From the NCBI GenBank assembly GCA_963727895.1, contig CAVSHT010000009.1, forward strand, positions 372,482-436,481: a stretch of DNA of 64,000 nucleotides, read 5' to 3'. Shown here piece after piece: positions 1-10,502 of the stretch. The notes beneath the pieces are model-generated. The model worked only from the letters and a program-made list of their open reading frames with translations, was not told the origin of the DNA and ran no database searches. The stretch comes from an uncultured Methanosarcinaceae archaeon (GTDB taxonomy: Archaea > Halobacteriota > Methanosarcinia > Methanosarcinales > Methanosarcinaceae). The first letter of the stretch is position 1; every line of letters begins with the position of its first letter. Position numbers and translations under genes: made by a program.

Positions 1-344
1 GAAAAGCAGGAAGTCCTGCAATCTATGGAAACAAAATAATTTGGAGTGATATTAATACTGGAGTCTCGAAAATTCATATTTATGATATGTCCACTAAAAA
101 ACAGAGTTATATAAACAGTTCAGCAAGCAAGATGAATCCTGCTATTTATGGAAACAAGGTAGTGTATGAAGACCTTCGGAATGGTGGACCTGATATTTAT
201 ATGTATGACATTTCTTCTAAAAAAGAGACTCAAATCACTAATTTAGAAAATGCAGTTTATCCTCATATATTTGGAAATATTATTGCATGGGATACAGAAT
301 CGGGTTACAGTGTTGGCATATATGATTATACCACTAAAAAAAAG
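1..344 (+). pseudogene. Beta-propeller (TolB-like repeat) cell-surface protein, 5' end outside the window, 3' end truncated by an IS1 element
   Basis: The frame is open from position 3 (KAGSPAIYGNKIIWSD...PAIYGNKVVYEDLRNGGPDIYMYD), the same repeat type as 49908..51368. It runs into the IS terminal repeat at 345 and stops at 359 inside the IS. Confidence 0.8.
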
Positions 345-1075
345 GGCATTGTTACTTAACTATATCTAGTTCTTTATTTCTTTATTTCATCAATAGAATA
401 ACCGAGTACTTTAGCATTTCAAGACTCTTCGTATAACACTTTGTCTTTCTTCTCAACCTTGCCAAAAAGTGCCTCAATATGCTGTTATATCCTTCAACAG
501 TATACGTTTCTGCTTTTGATTGAGTATGGATCTTTTCTGGAAGAAACTCTGCATATGCTCTCCAGTGATCGGTCATCACTTCTCCAATCTCTTTTTTCTT
601 CAATTTTTTTCAGAGTAGTTTTCCAGTTTCCGTTCCTCTGCTGCCAAAAGAGCAGTTAATAAACTTTTTCCCAACTCTATCAACAGCAATCCAGATCCAG
701 CAATATTTTTTTTTGTTACCGATGTAAGTGTGCATCTCATCCATTTCAACAATAGATATCTCACTTTCACTTTTTAGGTTCTCTCACTCTTGACCAAATT
801 TCTTTATCCATTTTTGGACAGAAACATGACTCACCCCTAAAACTCTTCCTATTGAACGAAAGCCCAATCCTTCAAGGTAAAGTTGTAAAGCCTGTTTTTT
901 GACAGAAGCGGAAAAAGCAGTTGATTTTAGCTCTACTGTATAGTTATAGCCACAATCATGGCATTTGTACCGTTGACGCCCACCAACTATACCATTCTTT
1001 TTGTGATTAGAACTATTGCATTCATGAAGAAATATATGTTATAAGCATATATATCTATTTTTGAGTACCAATGCC
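345..1075 (-). mobile_element. IS1-family insertion sequence, degenerate copy (transposase pseudogene)
   Basis: Terminal inverted repeats GGCATTGTTACT (345) and AGTACCAATGCC (ending 1075); near-identical to 12842-13578. Relative to that copy it has a 10-bp deletion just after the ATG, a TGA in the InsA part and a premature TAA near the C-terminus. No target-site duplication. Confidence 0.92.
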
Positions 1076-1243
1076 TTTTATAAAAATGCATAAGATTTTA
1101 TGGGGGCACTCTTGAATCAAAGAAAAAGTTCAGTAATAAACACAGTGTACAACAAGAAACCAAATCAGACTTAGAATCAAGACTTGAAGCATTAGAAAAT
1201 AAAGTCAATGCGTTCTTAGAATCCGAAAACAAGGATAATTAAG

Positions 1244-1317
1244 TGGGCCCGCTGAGATTCGAACTCAGGACCTCCGCCGTGTGAAGGCGACGTCATAACC
1301 GTCTAGACCACGAGCCC
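1244..1317 (-). tRNA. tRNA-Val (anticodon CAC)
   Basis: Reverse complement GGGCTCGTGGTCTAGACGGTTATGACGTCGCCTT-CAC-ACGGCGGAGGTCCTGAGTTCGAATCTCAGCGGGCCCA folds as a cloverleaf with a TTCGAAT T-loop; CCA is not encoded. Confidence 0.96.
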
Positions 1318-1649
1318 ATAACCTGCATTTGAAAATCATAAAGGTTAAGCAACCATAAATATAACTTCTTAGGTATAAGTTTATCGCTTCAAACTGATAT
1401 TGGGCTTGCTTGAATATGTAATAGAATTAACTTGAGTTTTTTGCCACATAAATTACCTTTTGCTTATTTTGAAGTATAAAGTAAAGAGAAAAGTAGAGAG
1501 AATTCCTGCTTGAATTTATCTTTTTGTAGCTGAGATTTCCTATCTGAGATTTCCTATCTGATTTTTGAAAATTACAATTGAACGACAAAGTAAAAAAGTA
1601 AAGAAGTCTTATGTAATAACTATATAAATAATTTAGTTATCGGGTTATT

Positions 1650-2414
1650 ATGATAGAAATACTCAAAATCCTCTTCAGCATACCCTTTTTACTTTATTCT
1701 TGCTATTCCGATCTGAACTCCCGCAGAGTTTCGAATAAAGTGTGGAAGTATATGCTCGCATTGGGTTCTATATTTGTGTGTTATGAAATAAATACAGAAG
1801 GAATGCCTTTTATAAAGTCTCTTCTTTTATCAGGAGTTCTCGTATTTACTGTCGTATACATCCTTTTTCAGCTTGGAGCCTTTGGAGGAGGAGACGCAAA
1901 AGGTCTAATAGTACTTTCTATCCTTTTTCCATCTTATTCGGTTTATCATTTATACGGAGAAACTTATCCCTTGCTAGGACTTCCTCCTATAGGGCTTTTT
2001 ACATTCACCGTCCTTGGAAATGCTCTTCTGGTAACAATAATTGTTCCACTTGAAATGTTTTGCTACAATCTCCTGCATTTATCACCTGAGATGATTAAAA
2101 ATCCGTTTTATATGTTTCTAGGTTATAGAACCGAGGTTTCTTCCCTGAAACATAAAAAGCACTTTGGTTTGCTTGAAAAATTTGAGCTTGACGAAAGTGG
2201 AAGACTCAAAATAAAATTTTCGCGAATAGGAAATTGTTTCGATGAAGACCAGAGACCAGAAATTGAAGAGTATCTGAAAAAAGGCTTGATTAAAAAAGAT
2301 ATTTGGGTTACCCCCTGCTTACCCTTCATGCTTTCAATTACAGCTGGCTTTTTCATAACAGTTATTTTAGGGGATTTAACTTTTTATATAGTTACGCACC
2401 TTATTGCAAACTAA
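1650..2414 (+). CDS. Prepilin/preflagellin peptidase (A24 family, FlaK/PibD-like)
   Basis: Multi-pass membrane ORF with YSDL and GGGDAK (GxGD) aspartate motifs and the C-terminal IWVTP-LPF motif. Confidence 0.88.
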   Translation: MIEILKILFSIPFLLYSCYSDLNSRRVSNKVWKYMLALGSIFVCYEINTEGMPFIKSLLLSGVLVFTVVYILFQLGAFGGGDAKGLIVLSILFPSYSVYHLYGETYPLLGLPPIGLFTFTVLGNALLVTIIVPLEMFCYNLLHLSPEMIKNPFYMFLGYRTEVSSLKHKKHFGLLEKFELDESGRLKIKFSRIGNCFDEDQRPEIEEYLKKGLIKKDIWVTPCLPFMLSITAGFFITVILGDLTFYIVTHLIAN

Positions 2415-2469
2415 AATAAAAACTAATCCCATATGTCTACAAACCAGAATTTACGTTATATTTTAAGAA

Positions 2470-3057
2470 TTACTTATTTTGTACGATAAGCAACCCATAA
2501 AGAATTGTTTTTGGAACAGGGGGATTCTCAGGAGTGCCTGTTGTTATCTTTTCTTCAGGATAGCCAAGGTTTTCGCAGGTGTAAAGCTCAGCTTTGATAC
2601 TCAGTTCTCGCAGGACTTCCGCAACTTCAAGTGAGCCAAAGTTTTCTTCCGGAAGCAGGAAGATATTTCTTCCGTTCTTTAATTCCCGGATAAGTTCAAC
2701 TTTTGCGGGTTCGGAATCTCGACCATGAGCTGTAATTGCACAGAGATTGGTAAGATTAACTTTTGTACGAGCACAAGCCACCTGCATCGAGGAAATTCCC
2801 GGAATAACTGTGTCCTTTTCACCTGCAAATTTTCCAAGCCCTGAAAACATAGGATCGCCGGTAGATAATATTACTGCATCTGCTGGCAAGAGATGAAGAG
2901 ATTTATAATCCTTAATCGGTTTTGCCTCGCAGGTAATATAATCCTGAGCAATTTCAAGAGCCCTTTTTGCACCATAAACCACCGAAGCTTTCCTTATAGC
3001 CTGTATTCCCTCTTCCGTGAGCATTCCAGGCCCAACTCCGACTCCTACTACAATCAT
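2470..3057 (-). CDS. cbiE: Cobalt-precorrin-7 C5-methyltransferase
   Basis: VVGVGVGPGMLT, STGDPMFSGLG, PGISSMQVA and ENLGYPEE tetrapyrrole methylase motifs; adjacent to cbiD. Confidence 0.85.
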   Translation of the reverse strand: MIVVGVGVGPGMLTEEGIQAIRKASVVYGAKRALEIAQDYITCEAKPIKDYKSLHLLPADAVILSTGDPMFSGLGKFAGEKDTVIPGISSMQVACARTKVNLTNLCAITAHGRDSEPAKVELIRELKNGRNIFLLPEENFGSLEVAEVLRELSIKAELYTCENLGYPEEKITTGTPENPPVPKTILYGLLIVQNK

Positions 3058-3193
3058 TATTTTTCCCTTGCCGTTAATTTATAGTTTCAATTTTACGGTC
3101 TGCTTTTGCCACGTAATTTACGTAAATTACTGCACAAATCTATTAGAATTCCAGTTTAATTCAACCTTTCAACAGGAATTTCAGTTTTCAAGT

Positions 3194-4213
3194 TTAACTC
3201 TTGCTTTTACTGTCCATCAGGACCGAACCGTCTCTGTCAATTACTACAATCCTTGCACCTTTCCCTTTCTCAATTGCCATTTCAAAAGCTTCTTTCAGAC
3301 GAGGATGTTCAGGATCTTTTTCAAGCATCTCGACAACTGTTGCATATTCACCGTCTTTAAGCATATCCGGGTTTCCCCATTTGAGAACAAGACCAGGAAG
3401 CCCACAGATAACTACATCGCCAGAAGCGTAATCCAGTCCTTCTGAAATCCTGCTTCCTATCATAACAATTGTATAATCGGGAAAAAGCATATGTGAATAG
3501 CGCATTCCTATACGGCCTGTAGTTAGGACTACTTTGTCCGTGCAGCGGATAAGATCTCCTTTCATCTCACCCAGATGGTCGTTCCAAGGCTCAACAAAAC
3601 CCGTGCTTCCAAGCACAGAAATTCCACATTCAACCCCTATTCTGCTGTTCAGAGTTTCCTTTCCAATTATTTCCCCGTCAGGAATTGAGATTGTAACCTC
3701 GGCTCCTCTCAAACCCAGTTCTTCTACAGCTTCCTTCACTGCTGCCTTTATCTGTTCCATCGGTTTTGGATTAATAGCTGGCTGACCCCTTGGAACTTGA
3801 AGCCCATCCCTTCTAACAACTCCAATACCTTTTCCTCCGAGAATTCGGATTTCTTCTGCTTCCTTTGCTTCTCCTACAAATTCGAGTCCCCGGGTAATAT
3901 CAGATTCATGGTCATTAAGAATCTTTTTCACAACTGCATATCCCTTTGAGGATTCAGCGACCTCAAGATGAGCTCTCAATCCTACAGGAGTCGGAACGGA
4001 CACACTATCAACCGCTTTCTTAAGGGAAAGGACTGCAGCTTTTGCAGCAGCACTTGCTGTAGTTCCTGTAGTGTATCCTCTTTTGAGGACAGAACCGTCA
4101 CTTAGAACCACAATCATCCCGGATGCGATTTTTGTTTCAAGCTCTTCCCTTGGCAATCCTGTGCGGGCAATCCATTCGTCAGGAATTTTGAAATTGTTAA
4201 CAGGATCTATCAT
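3194..4213 (-). CDS. cbiD: Cobalt-precorrin-5B C1-methyltransferase
   Basis: [22 protein letters not shown] and [24 protein letters not shown]biD signatures. Confidence 0.93.
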   Translation of the reverse strand: MIDPVNNFKIPDEWIARTGLPREELETKIASGMIVVLSDGSVLKRGYTTGTTASAAAKAAVLSLKKAVDSVSVPTPVGLRAHLEVAESSKGYAVVKKILNDHESDITRGLEFVGEAKEAEEIRILGGKGIGVVRRDGLQVPRGQPAINPKPMEQIKAAVKEAVEELGLRGAEVTISIPDGEIIGKETLNSRIGVECGISVLGSTGFVEPWNDHLGEMKGDLIRCTDKVVLTTGRIGMRYSHMLFPDYTIVMIGSRISEGLDYASGDVVICGLPGLVLKWGNPDMLKDGEYATVVEMLEKDPEHPRLKEAFEMAIEKGKGARIVVIDRDGSVLMDSKSKS

Positions 4214-4394
4214 GGGGAATATTCAGAGGTTTTTTATTATAAATGTATTGACGTGAAAATAGGAAAAAACCCAATAAATCCTCAGTGTAAGCCTTGCTCA
4301 CTTCCTGCTCACAACATTTGATAACGACATTAAGCACTATAGAATTATGGAATACAGAAAATAGAAAAAAGGCGGATAGAATACAGAAAATAGA

Positions 4395-4575
4395 AAAGAG
4401 GTGGCACCATTCCAGGATTAGGGAATTTTATGGGGATTCGTGTTTTGGAAATGGATATTATCCTAGATTTTGGAACGATTGGGGATCGTTTCTTATTGGG
4501 GGGTTTTTGGGTTGGTGTGTGAAAAATAGCCTTGTGGAATGATGCCTATTTCAAACGCCAGGATTCGCCTGGCAC
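4395..4575 (-). ncRNA. Candidate structured small RNA (unassigned family)
   Basis: Minus-strand TATA box TTTATATA (4598-4605), 5' hairpin GTGCCAGG-CGAAT-CCTGGCGT, 12-bp long-range stem (4535-4546 with 4403-4414), internal hairpins with CCCCA loops, and a T-rich tract after the closing stem. Confidence 0.55.
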
Positions 4576-4884
4576 ACTATTACATCTTAAGTTCTATTAT
4601 ATAAACATATAGGAAACTAAGAATGACATCTCTAAATAGAACTATATTTTCAGATTAGAGACATATTGACTAGTTATTTACATAAAATCACTACATATTC
4701 GAGCTACAAACTGATTTTTTAACCGTGATGAAAGAAATTCCTTTTAAAAAAGAGATTCATTTAATTTTAAATGAATTAAAAGAAAAAAGTAGTACTGTTC
4801 TGTATTTATAAAATATAGAAAAATTAAACTCTGTAAGAGAGATATGAAAAAACAGAAAGGATATTTTTCAGGTTACAGCTTTTT

Positions 4885-6942
4885 TTACAGGATTCTTGCA
4901 AACATGCGGTCCAGCTCTCCTTTCGTAAATGTAATTATAGTAGGTCTTCCATGAGGACAAGAGTATGGATTTTCTGCCCTTTTAAGTTGTTCTATTAGAT
5001 CTTCCATCTGCCTTGGGTTACAGACAGCTCCACCCTTAATTGCGGCTCTACATGCAAGGATTTTACAGACCTTTTCCGAAATACCGGTATCTTTTTTAAC
5101 TTTTCCTGAAGCCAAAAGGTCCGAAACTATATCATGGATAATATCAGTATCTTCAAGCCTTCCGAAAACCTCTGGCACGAAGGTAACCACATATGTATTC
5201 TCGCCAAATTCAGAAATCCCGAAACCGTAGTCTTCAAGATATGGAATATATTCTTCCATAAGCACTTTCTCTTTAGGAGTAAGGTCTATGGTTACAGGTG
5301 TTATCAGCTCCTGCACACTGGATTTTTTCATTTTTAAAACTTGTTCGTAAAGAATTCTCTCATGAGCAGCATGCTGATCAATAATAACAAGGTCTTCTCC
5401 CTTTTCAGCAAGAATATACAATTTAGAGACCTGCCCTATAATCCGGAGGTCTTCAAGAGAGTCAATATTAGAGTTATTTTTTAGTTTAGACCGTCCTTCT
5501 GAACGTATTTTTTCTCTATATTTCACTTCAACATCTGTTTGTCCATTTTCCTTATCATGAAGAACTGTTTGTCCTTTAACAGCATCTTCATTCTCTCTTT
5601 CCTGCTCTTTTTTATGATCCAAAGTTTTATCTATTTTCTGCGTAGCATCCTCTACAGTGAAATTCAAGAGACGTTCAGATCTTTTTAGTTTTCTTTCGGT
5701 ATCTTTTACCGGATATGTATAAGTTTCAGCTTGTGTTCTGGGAATCTTATCGTTTTCAGGAAAAATGGTCTTTTCCAGAGTTTCTGGAATCTTTCCAGCC
5801 GTTTTCTCGAAAGTTTCCGCGGCTTCTGAGACCTTAAATCCATCTGAGGGACCTGAAACTTCAAAAGTTTTCTGGAAGATTTTATCTCTTTTTTCTCTGA
5901 TTTCAGGAATTAAGATATTTTCTGAAAGTACATTTTCAATCACAAATGTAACTGCATCTCCAAGTTCTTTTTCCCGGCTGAAACGTACTTCAGCTTTACG
6001 AGGATGAACATTTACATCCACCTCTCCGGGATCGAGAACCAGAGAAAGTACTGCTACAGGATAGCGTCCCTTTGGAATCTTGGTATAGTAACCTTCGCGA
6101 ACAGCTTTATTGATGGCTCTTGAAGTCACTGGACGGGTATTTACGAAAAGAAAAAGCTGATCACTTTCTCCTCGAGTGATTTCAGGCTTTGAAATATATC
6201 CCTGAATCTCAAAATTTTCAGTTTTATATTTCAGAGGAAGCATGGAACGAGCCGTATCTGGCCCTAAAAGATTTACAATGCTTTTGAAAGACTCATTTGA
6301 CCCCGCATTTCTTATGATTTGCTTCCCTTCACTTAACAGAGTAAAAGAAATTTTCGGATTTGCCAGGGCAAGCTGCATAACTGTCTCTGTAATATGGGCA
6401 AGCTCAGTACGATCACTTTTCAGGTATTTCTGCCTTGCTGGAATATTATAAAATAGATCTTTCACATGAACACTCGTACCTGGAGCCGTGCCTGTATCCG
6501 AAGTTTCAAGCACTTTGCCCCCATGAACCGTTATTTTAGTGCCTGTGATATCTTCTGGAGGTCGGGTAAGAATTTCCACTTTTGCAACAGCCGTAATAGA
6601 TGAAAGAGCCTCTCCCCTGAAACCCATTGTAGAAATAGTATCAAGATCTTCAATACGCGTAAGCTTGCTTGTTGCATGTTTTTTGTATGCGAGCAAGGCA
6701 TCCTCTCTACTCATTCCACAACCGTTGTCTCTTACAAGGATAGAGCGTTTTCCACCCTTTTCTACTTCAATACGGATATCCGTAGCTCCTGCATCAATTG
6801 AATTGTCTAGCAGTTCTTTTACTATAGATGCTGGACGTTCAATTACTTCTCCTGCAGCGATTTTATTTATCGTATCTTTGTCAAGGATTCGGATTTTGTT
6901 TCCTTGAATATTTTCTTTATTTTGAATAGATTCTTCCACCAT
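4885..6942 (-). CDS. mutL: DNA mismatch repair endonuclease MutL
   Basis: NKIAAGEVIERPASIVKELLDNSIDAGA, GFRGEAL, DQHAAHERILYE and CPHGRP motifs. Confidence 0.97.
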   Translation of the reverse strand: MVEESIQNKENIQGNKIRILDKDTINKIAAGEVIERPASIVKELLDNSIDAGATDIRIEVEKGGKRSILVRDNGCGMSREDALLAYKKHATSKLTRIEDLDTISTMGFRGEALSSITAVAKVEILTRPPEDITGTKITVHGGKVLETSDTGTAPGTSVHVKDLFYNIPARQKYLKSDRTELAHITETVMQLALANPKISFTLLSEGKQIIRNAGSNESFKSIVNLLGPDTARSMLPLKYKTENFEIQGYISKPEITRGESDQLFLFVNTRPVTSRAINKAVREGYYTKIPKGRYPVAVLSLVLDPGEVDVNVHPRKAEVRFSREKELGDAVTFVIENVLSENILIPEIREKRDKIFQKTFEVSGPSDGFKVSEAAETFEKTAGKIPETLEKTIFPENDKIPRTQAETYTYPVKDTERKLKRSERLLNFTVEDATQKIDKTLDHKKEQERENEDAVKGQTVLHDKENGQTDVEVKYREKIRSEGRSKLKNNSNIDSLEDLRIIGQVSKLYILAEKGEDLVIIDQHAAHERILYEQVLKMKKSSVQELITPVTIDLTPKEKVLMEEYIPYLEDYGFGISEFGENTYVVTFVPEVFGRLEDTDIIHDIVSDLLASGKVKKDTGISEKVCKILACRAAIKGGAVCNPRQMEDLIEQLKRAENPYSCPHGRPTIITFTKGELDRMFARIL

Positions 6943-6989
6943 TCATTTACTCCGTCCAGACCAGAATTTTTTATTGGACATTTAGTACT

Positions 6990-9689
6990 TCAATTAATCA
7001 ACCTTTTCAGCTCATGAAGCTTATTGAGAGCTTCTATTGGAGTCATCTCATCTACATTCAGCTTTCTCAGAGATGCTTCTACTGGGCTTAACCTGTTTGC
7101 CTTTGAACTTCCACCACTGTCTCCAGGGTCAAAAAGCATCATCTGAGTATAACGTGCTGTTGTCTTATTTTTCTTCTTTTTTCCGTTTTCTCCATCTTCA
7201 GTTTCTTCAAGCACGTTTTCTTTTTCGAGATCTTTTAGAATTTCATTTGCCCGTTCGATTACTTTTTCAGGAACGCCTGCAAGTCTTGCAACCTGGATTC
7301 CATAACTTCGGTCTGTCGCTCCAGGCACTATTTTTCTCAGGAAAACAAGTTCATGACCTTCTTCTTTTACTGCGATGTGATAGTTTTTGACTCTTTTTAG
7401 TTTCTCTTCAAGAGCTGTGAGCTGATGATAATGAGTTGCAAATAGTGCTCTTACTCCCACTTTTCCTCTGTTATGCAAGAATTCTACAACAGATTTGGCA
7501 ATGCTGTACCCATCATAGGTACTTGTTCCCCTACCGATTTCATCAAGAAGTACAAGACTTTTAGGGCTTGCATTATTAAGGATGTTTGCAAGTTCAACCA
7601 TCTCTACCATAAAGGTGCTTTGCCCGCTTGCAAGATCATCAAATGCCCCTATTCTTGTAAAAACCTGATCAATAACCCCTATGGAAGCATAAGATGCAGG
7701 AACAAAAGACCCTATCTGAGCCATAATAGCTATAAGAGCAGTCTGTCGCATATAAGTAGACTTGCCTGCCATGTTTGGCCCTGTTATTAACAAAAACTGA
7801 TTTTCGTTACAATCCATTTCAGTATCGTTTGGAACAAAGCCTCCATATACGGCATTTTCAACTACCGGATGTCTTCCGTCCCGTATTAAGATCTTACAGT
7901 CATTTGTAAGTTGAGGCCTGATATAATTATTATTTTCTGCGACTTCAGCCAGAGTCGCAATGACATCAAGCGAGCCTATTTTTTTGGCAGTTTCCTGGAG
8001 TTCTCTTGAATGGACTGAAAGCGCCTGTACAATTTGTGTAAAGATTTCGTATTCGAGAGCTACAGCTTTTTCATTAGCTGTCAAAATAAGACTCTCTTTT
8101 TCCTTGAGTTCAGGAGTAAAAAAACGCTCGGCATTTGCCATGGTTTGTTTTCTGATATAATCATCAGGAACCTGGCTACTGTTAGAATTCGTGACCTCTA
8201 TATAATATCCAAAAACCTTATTATATCCCACTTTAAGAGATTTAATACCACTTCTCTCTCTTTCTTTCTGCTGAAAATTTGCAATCCACTGCCGACTGTT
8301 GCTCGCAATATCCTTGAGTTCATCAAGTTCTTCATTATACCCAGGTTTTATCATGCCTCCTTCCCTAACAGAGATAGGAGGCTCATCAACTATTGCTTTA
8401 TTTATCATTTCAGACAGATTTTCAAGCTCTGAAAACGATTCAAGCCCAATTGCAACTTTAGTTAAAAGTTCAGATTTAGCATATTTCAAGAGAGAATCAC
8501 GAACAGAAGGTAAGACTTCAAGAGATTTTTTAAGAGCGATAAGATCCCTTGCGTTTGAATTTCCGTATACCACTCTGCCCACGAGGCGTTCTATATCCCT
8601 TACTTCTGAAAGCCATTTCCGTAAATCATAGCGGAGCAGAGGATTTGCTGTCAGTTCCTCTACAGCATCGAGCCGAAGGTTGATATTTTCTACGGAAAGC
8701 AGAGGTTTTAAAAGCCATTTTTTCAGGGTGCGGCTTCCCATTGGAGTTTTAGTGCAATTTATAGTCCGATAAAGAGAATTTCCATCTCCTTCATCTCTCA
8801 CGTTTCTCACGATTTCGAAATTTCTTAAGGTTATGGAATCAAGTATCATGAATTCTGAATTTGAGTAGGTTCTCAAAGTATTGATATGGGTAAGCTTTCT
8901 CATCTGTGTGGTCTGTGCATATTCCAGAGCAGCACAGGCAGAATACACTGCGAAATCAAGATTTTCACAACCCATGCCTTCTAGGGTTGCAACCTTGAAA
9001 TGAGCTTTCAATCGTTCTCTGGCTTCCTTTGATCCTGAAATATCTGGAGCAAATTCCTGCACAATAGTCTGGGTTCTCAGCCGATCTACAAGATCAGAAT
9101 TTCCATATAGAGATGGAGGCAGGATGCACTCGGAAGGGCGCATGCGGGCAAGTTCACTTAGAAGCTTCTCAAAGTTTTCTGAGTCCCTAAACTGTGTTGT
9201 AAGGAATTCCCCTGTGGAAATATCAAGAAAAGATACTCCAACTTCGATTTCTTTTTCACTGTGCTTTCCAGATCTTCCGATTTCCCGTCCAACAACCGCC
9301 ATGAGATAATTGTTTGAGGCATCAAAAAACATGGAAGAATCAATTGCGGTGCCTGGCGTGACGACCCTGACAACTCCTCGCTTTACAACTCCCTTTGCCT
9401 TTTTCGGGTCTTCAAGCTGTTCGCAAATTGCCACCTTATACCCTTTATTTATTAGCCTTGGCAAATAAGTGTCAATTGCATGATAGGGTATTCCTGCAAG
9501 AGGCATTTTTTCTCCTGATTTGTCCTTCCCTCGAGCTGTAAGCGTGATCTCAAGCTCTTTTGCAATAATTTTTGCATCATCTCCGAAAGATTCGTAGAAA
9601 TCTCCCATACGGAAGAAAATTAGGGTGTCAGGATATGCCTGCTTGGCTTCGTAGTACTGGCGCATTGCAGGGGTCATCATTTCAGTCAT
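6990..9689 (-). CDS. mutS: DNA mismatch repair protein MutS
   Basis: FFRMGDFYE, Walker A TGPNMAGKSTYMRQ, STFMVEM, DEIGRGTST and SYGIQVARLAG motifs. Confidence 0.97.
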   Translation of the reverse strand: MTEMMTPAMRQYYEAKQAYPDTLIFFRMGDFYESFGDDAKIIAKELEITLTARGKDKSGEKMPLAGIPYHAIDTYLPRLINKGYKVAICEQLEDPKKAKGVVKRGVVRVVTPGTAIDSSMFFDASNNYLMAVVGREIGRSGKHSEKEIEVGVSFLDISTGEFLTTQFRDSENFEKLLSELARMRPSECILPPSLYGNSDLVDRLRTQTIVQEFAPDISGSKEARERLKAHFKVATLEGMGCENLDFAVYSACAALEYAQTTQMRKLTHINTLRTYSNSEFMILDSITLRNFEIVRNVRDEGDGNSLYRTINCTKTPMGSRTLKKWLLKPLLSVENINLRLDAVEELTANPLLRYDLRKWLSEVRDIERLVGRVVYGNSNARDLIALKKSLEVLPSVRDSLLKYAKSELLTKVAIGLESFSELENLSEMINKAIVDEPPISVREGGMIKPGYNEELDELKDIASNSRQWIANFQQKERERSGIKSLKVGYNKVFGYYIEVTNSNSSQVPDDYIRKQTMANAERFFTPELKEKESLILTANEKAVALEYEIFTQIVQALSVHSRELQETAKKIGSLDVIATLAEVAENNNYIRPQLTNDCKILIRDGRHPVVENAVYGGFVPNDTEMDCNENQFLLITGPNMAGKSTYMRQTALIAIMAQIGSFVPASYASIGVIDQVFTRIGAFDDLASGQSTFMVEMVELANILNNASPKSLVLLDEIGRGTSTYDGYSIAKSVVEFLHNRGKVGVRALFATHYHQLTALEEKLKRVKNYHIAVKEEGHELVFLRKIVPGATDRSYGIQVARLAGVPEKVIERANEILKDLEKENVLEETEDGENGKKKKNKTTARYTQMMLFDPGDSGGSSKANRLSPVEASLRKLNVDEMTPIEALNKLHELKRLIN

Positions 9690-9916
9690 TTTTTACTCAC
9701 GTAGGCCTTAATCGTTTTGTGTAAAATTGGGAATATTTATCTGAATTTTGGTTTTTTCAGGGGTCTTTAGGATAAAAATATCCTTTTTTGATTAGAGAAA
9801 CTATAGATAATATATTGGATGGATTAGATATTAGATAATACATCTTTATTAAAATCATCCTTCTTATATATATTTAACAATTCGATGTTGTAAACCATCT
9901 TGAAAGAGAAACTACT

Positions 9917-10123
9917 ATGGATCAAGAAAAACTCATTGAAATTTGCCCCATCTGCGGAAATGCAGATATAGATTATGAAGTTGGTGGGTATGCAGGTACA
10001 GTTTACCATTGCAAAGAATGCGGATATATAGGAGCTTTCGTTATTGAAGCTAATGATGAAATGATAGAAAAAATTCGAGAGAAATATAAGCGTGAAAAAG
10101 TGAACGAAAATGCGCAAAAATGA
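9917..10123 (+). CDS. Small zinc-ribbon protein (CPxCG...CxxCG)
   Basis: 68-aa ORF with CPICG and CKECGY zinc knuckles. Confidence 0.75.
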   Translation: MDQEKLIEICPICGNADIDYEVGGYAGTVYHCKECGYIGAFVIEANDEMIEKIREKYKREKVNENAQK

Positions 10124-10208
10124 ATGAAGAGAACTAAAAGATGAGAAAGTAGAAAATATATCATAATAGCGTGTAAAAACGTATCAAAAAAGTATCTAAA
10201 TAAAGTTT

Positions 10209-10286
10209 TGGTGGGGCCGCTGAGATTTGGACTCAGGTCGCAAGACCCCCAGCCTTGCAGGATGGACCAGGCTACCCTACGGCCCC
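10209..10286 (-). tRNA. tRNA-Pro (anticodon GGG), CCA encoded, atypical T-loop
   Basis: Reverse complement GGGGCCGTAGGGTAGCCTGGTCCATCCTGCAAGGCT-GGG-GGTCTTGCGACCTGAGTCCAAATCTCAGCGGCCCCACCA. Confidence 0.93.
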
Positions 10287-10502
10287 GCAGAGTAGATTGT
10301 GATTTTTCAATAGCAAACCTCTTTCTTTGTTTGCCATCATCAACTATTCTAATTAAATACGTTGTATAAATGAGTATCGGTAGAAGAAAATAATGATACT
10401 CATTTTGTTGTAATTAATATTATTTCATATCAATATAAGTTCATCATTTAGAGACGACACCAGTGCCATTATTATCTAGCGCTTTTAGTAAGGTTTTGTT
10501 GA

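Noticed and set aside
4294..4542. 82-aa plus-strand ORF
   Set aside because: TTG start without a clear RBS, no recognisable motif, includes a short tandem duplication, and lies antisense to the structured RNA candidate.
4214..4600. Canonical cobalamin riboswitch upstream of cbiD
   Set aside because: I could not find the B12-box or other conserved cobalamin riboswitch motifs, and cbiD has its own proximal TATA-like box. Kept only as an unassigned RNA candidate.
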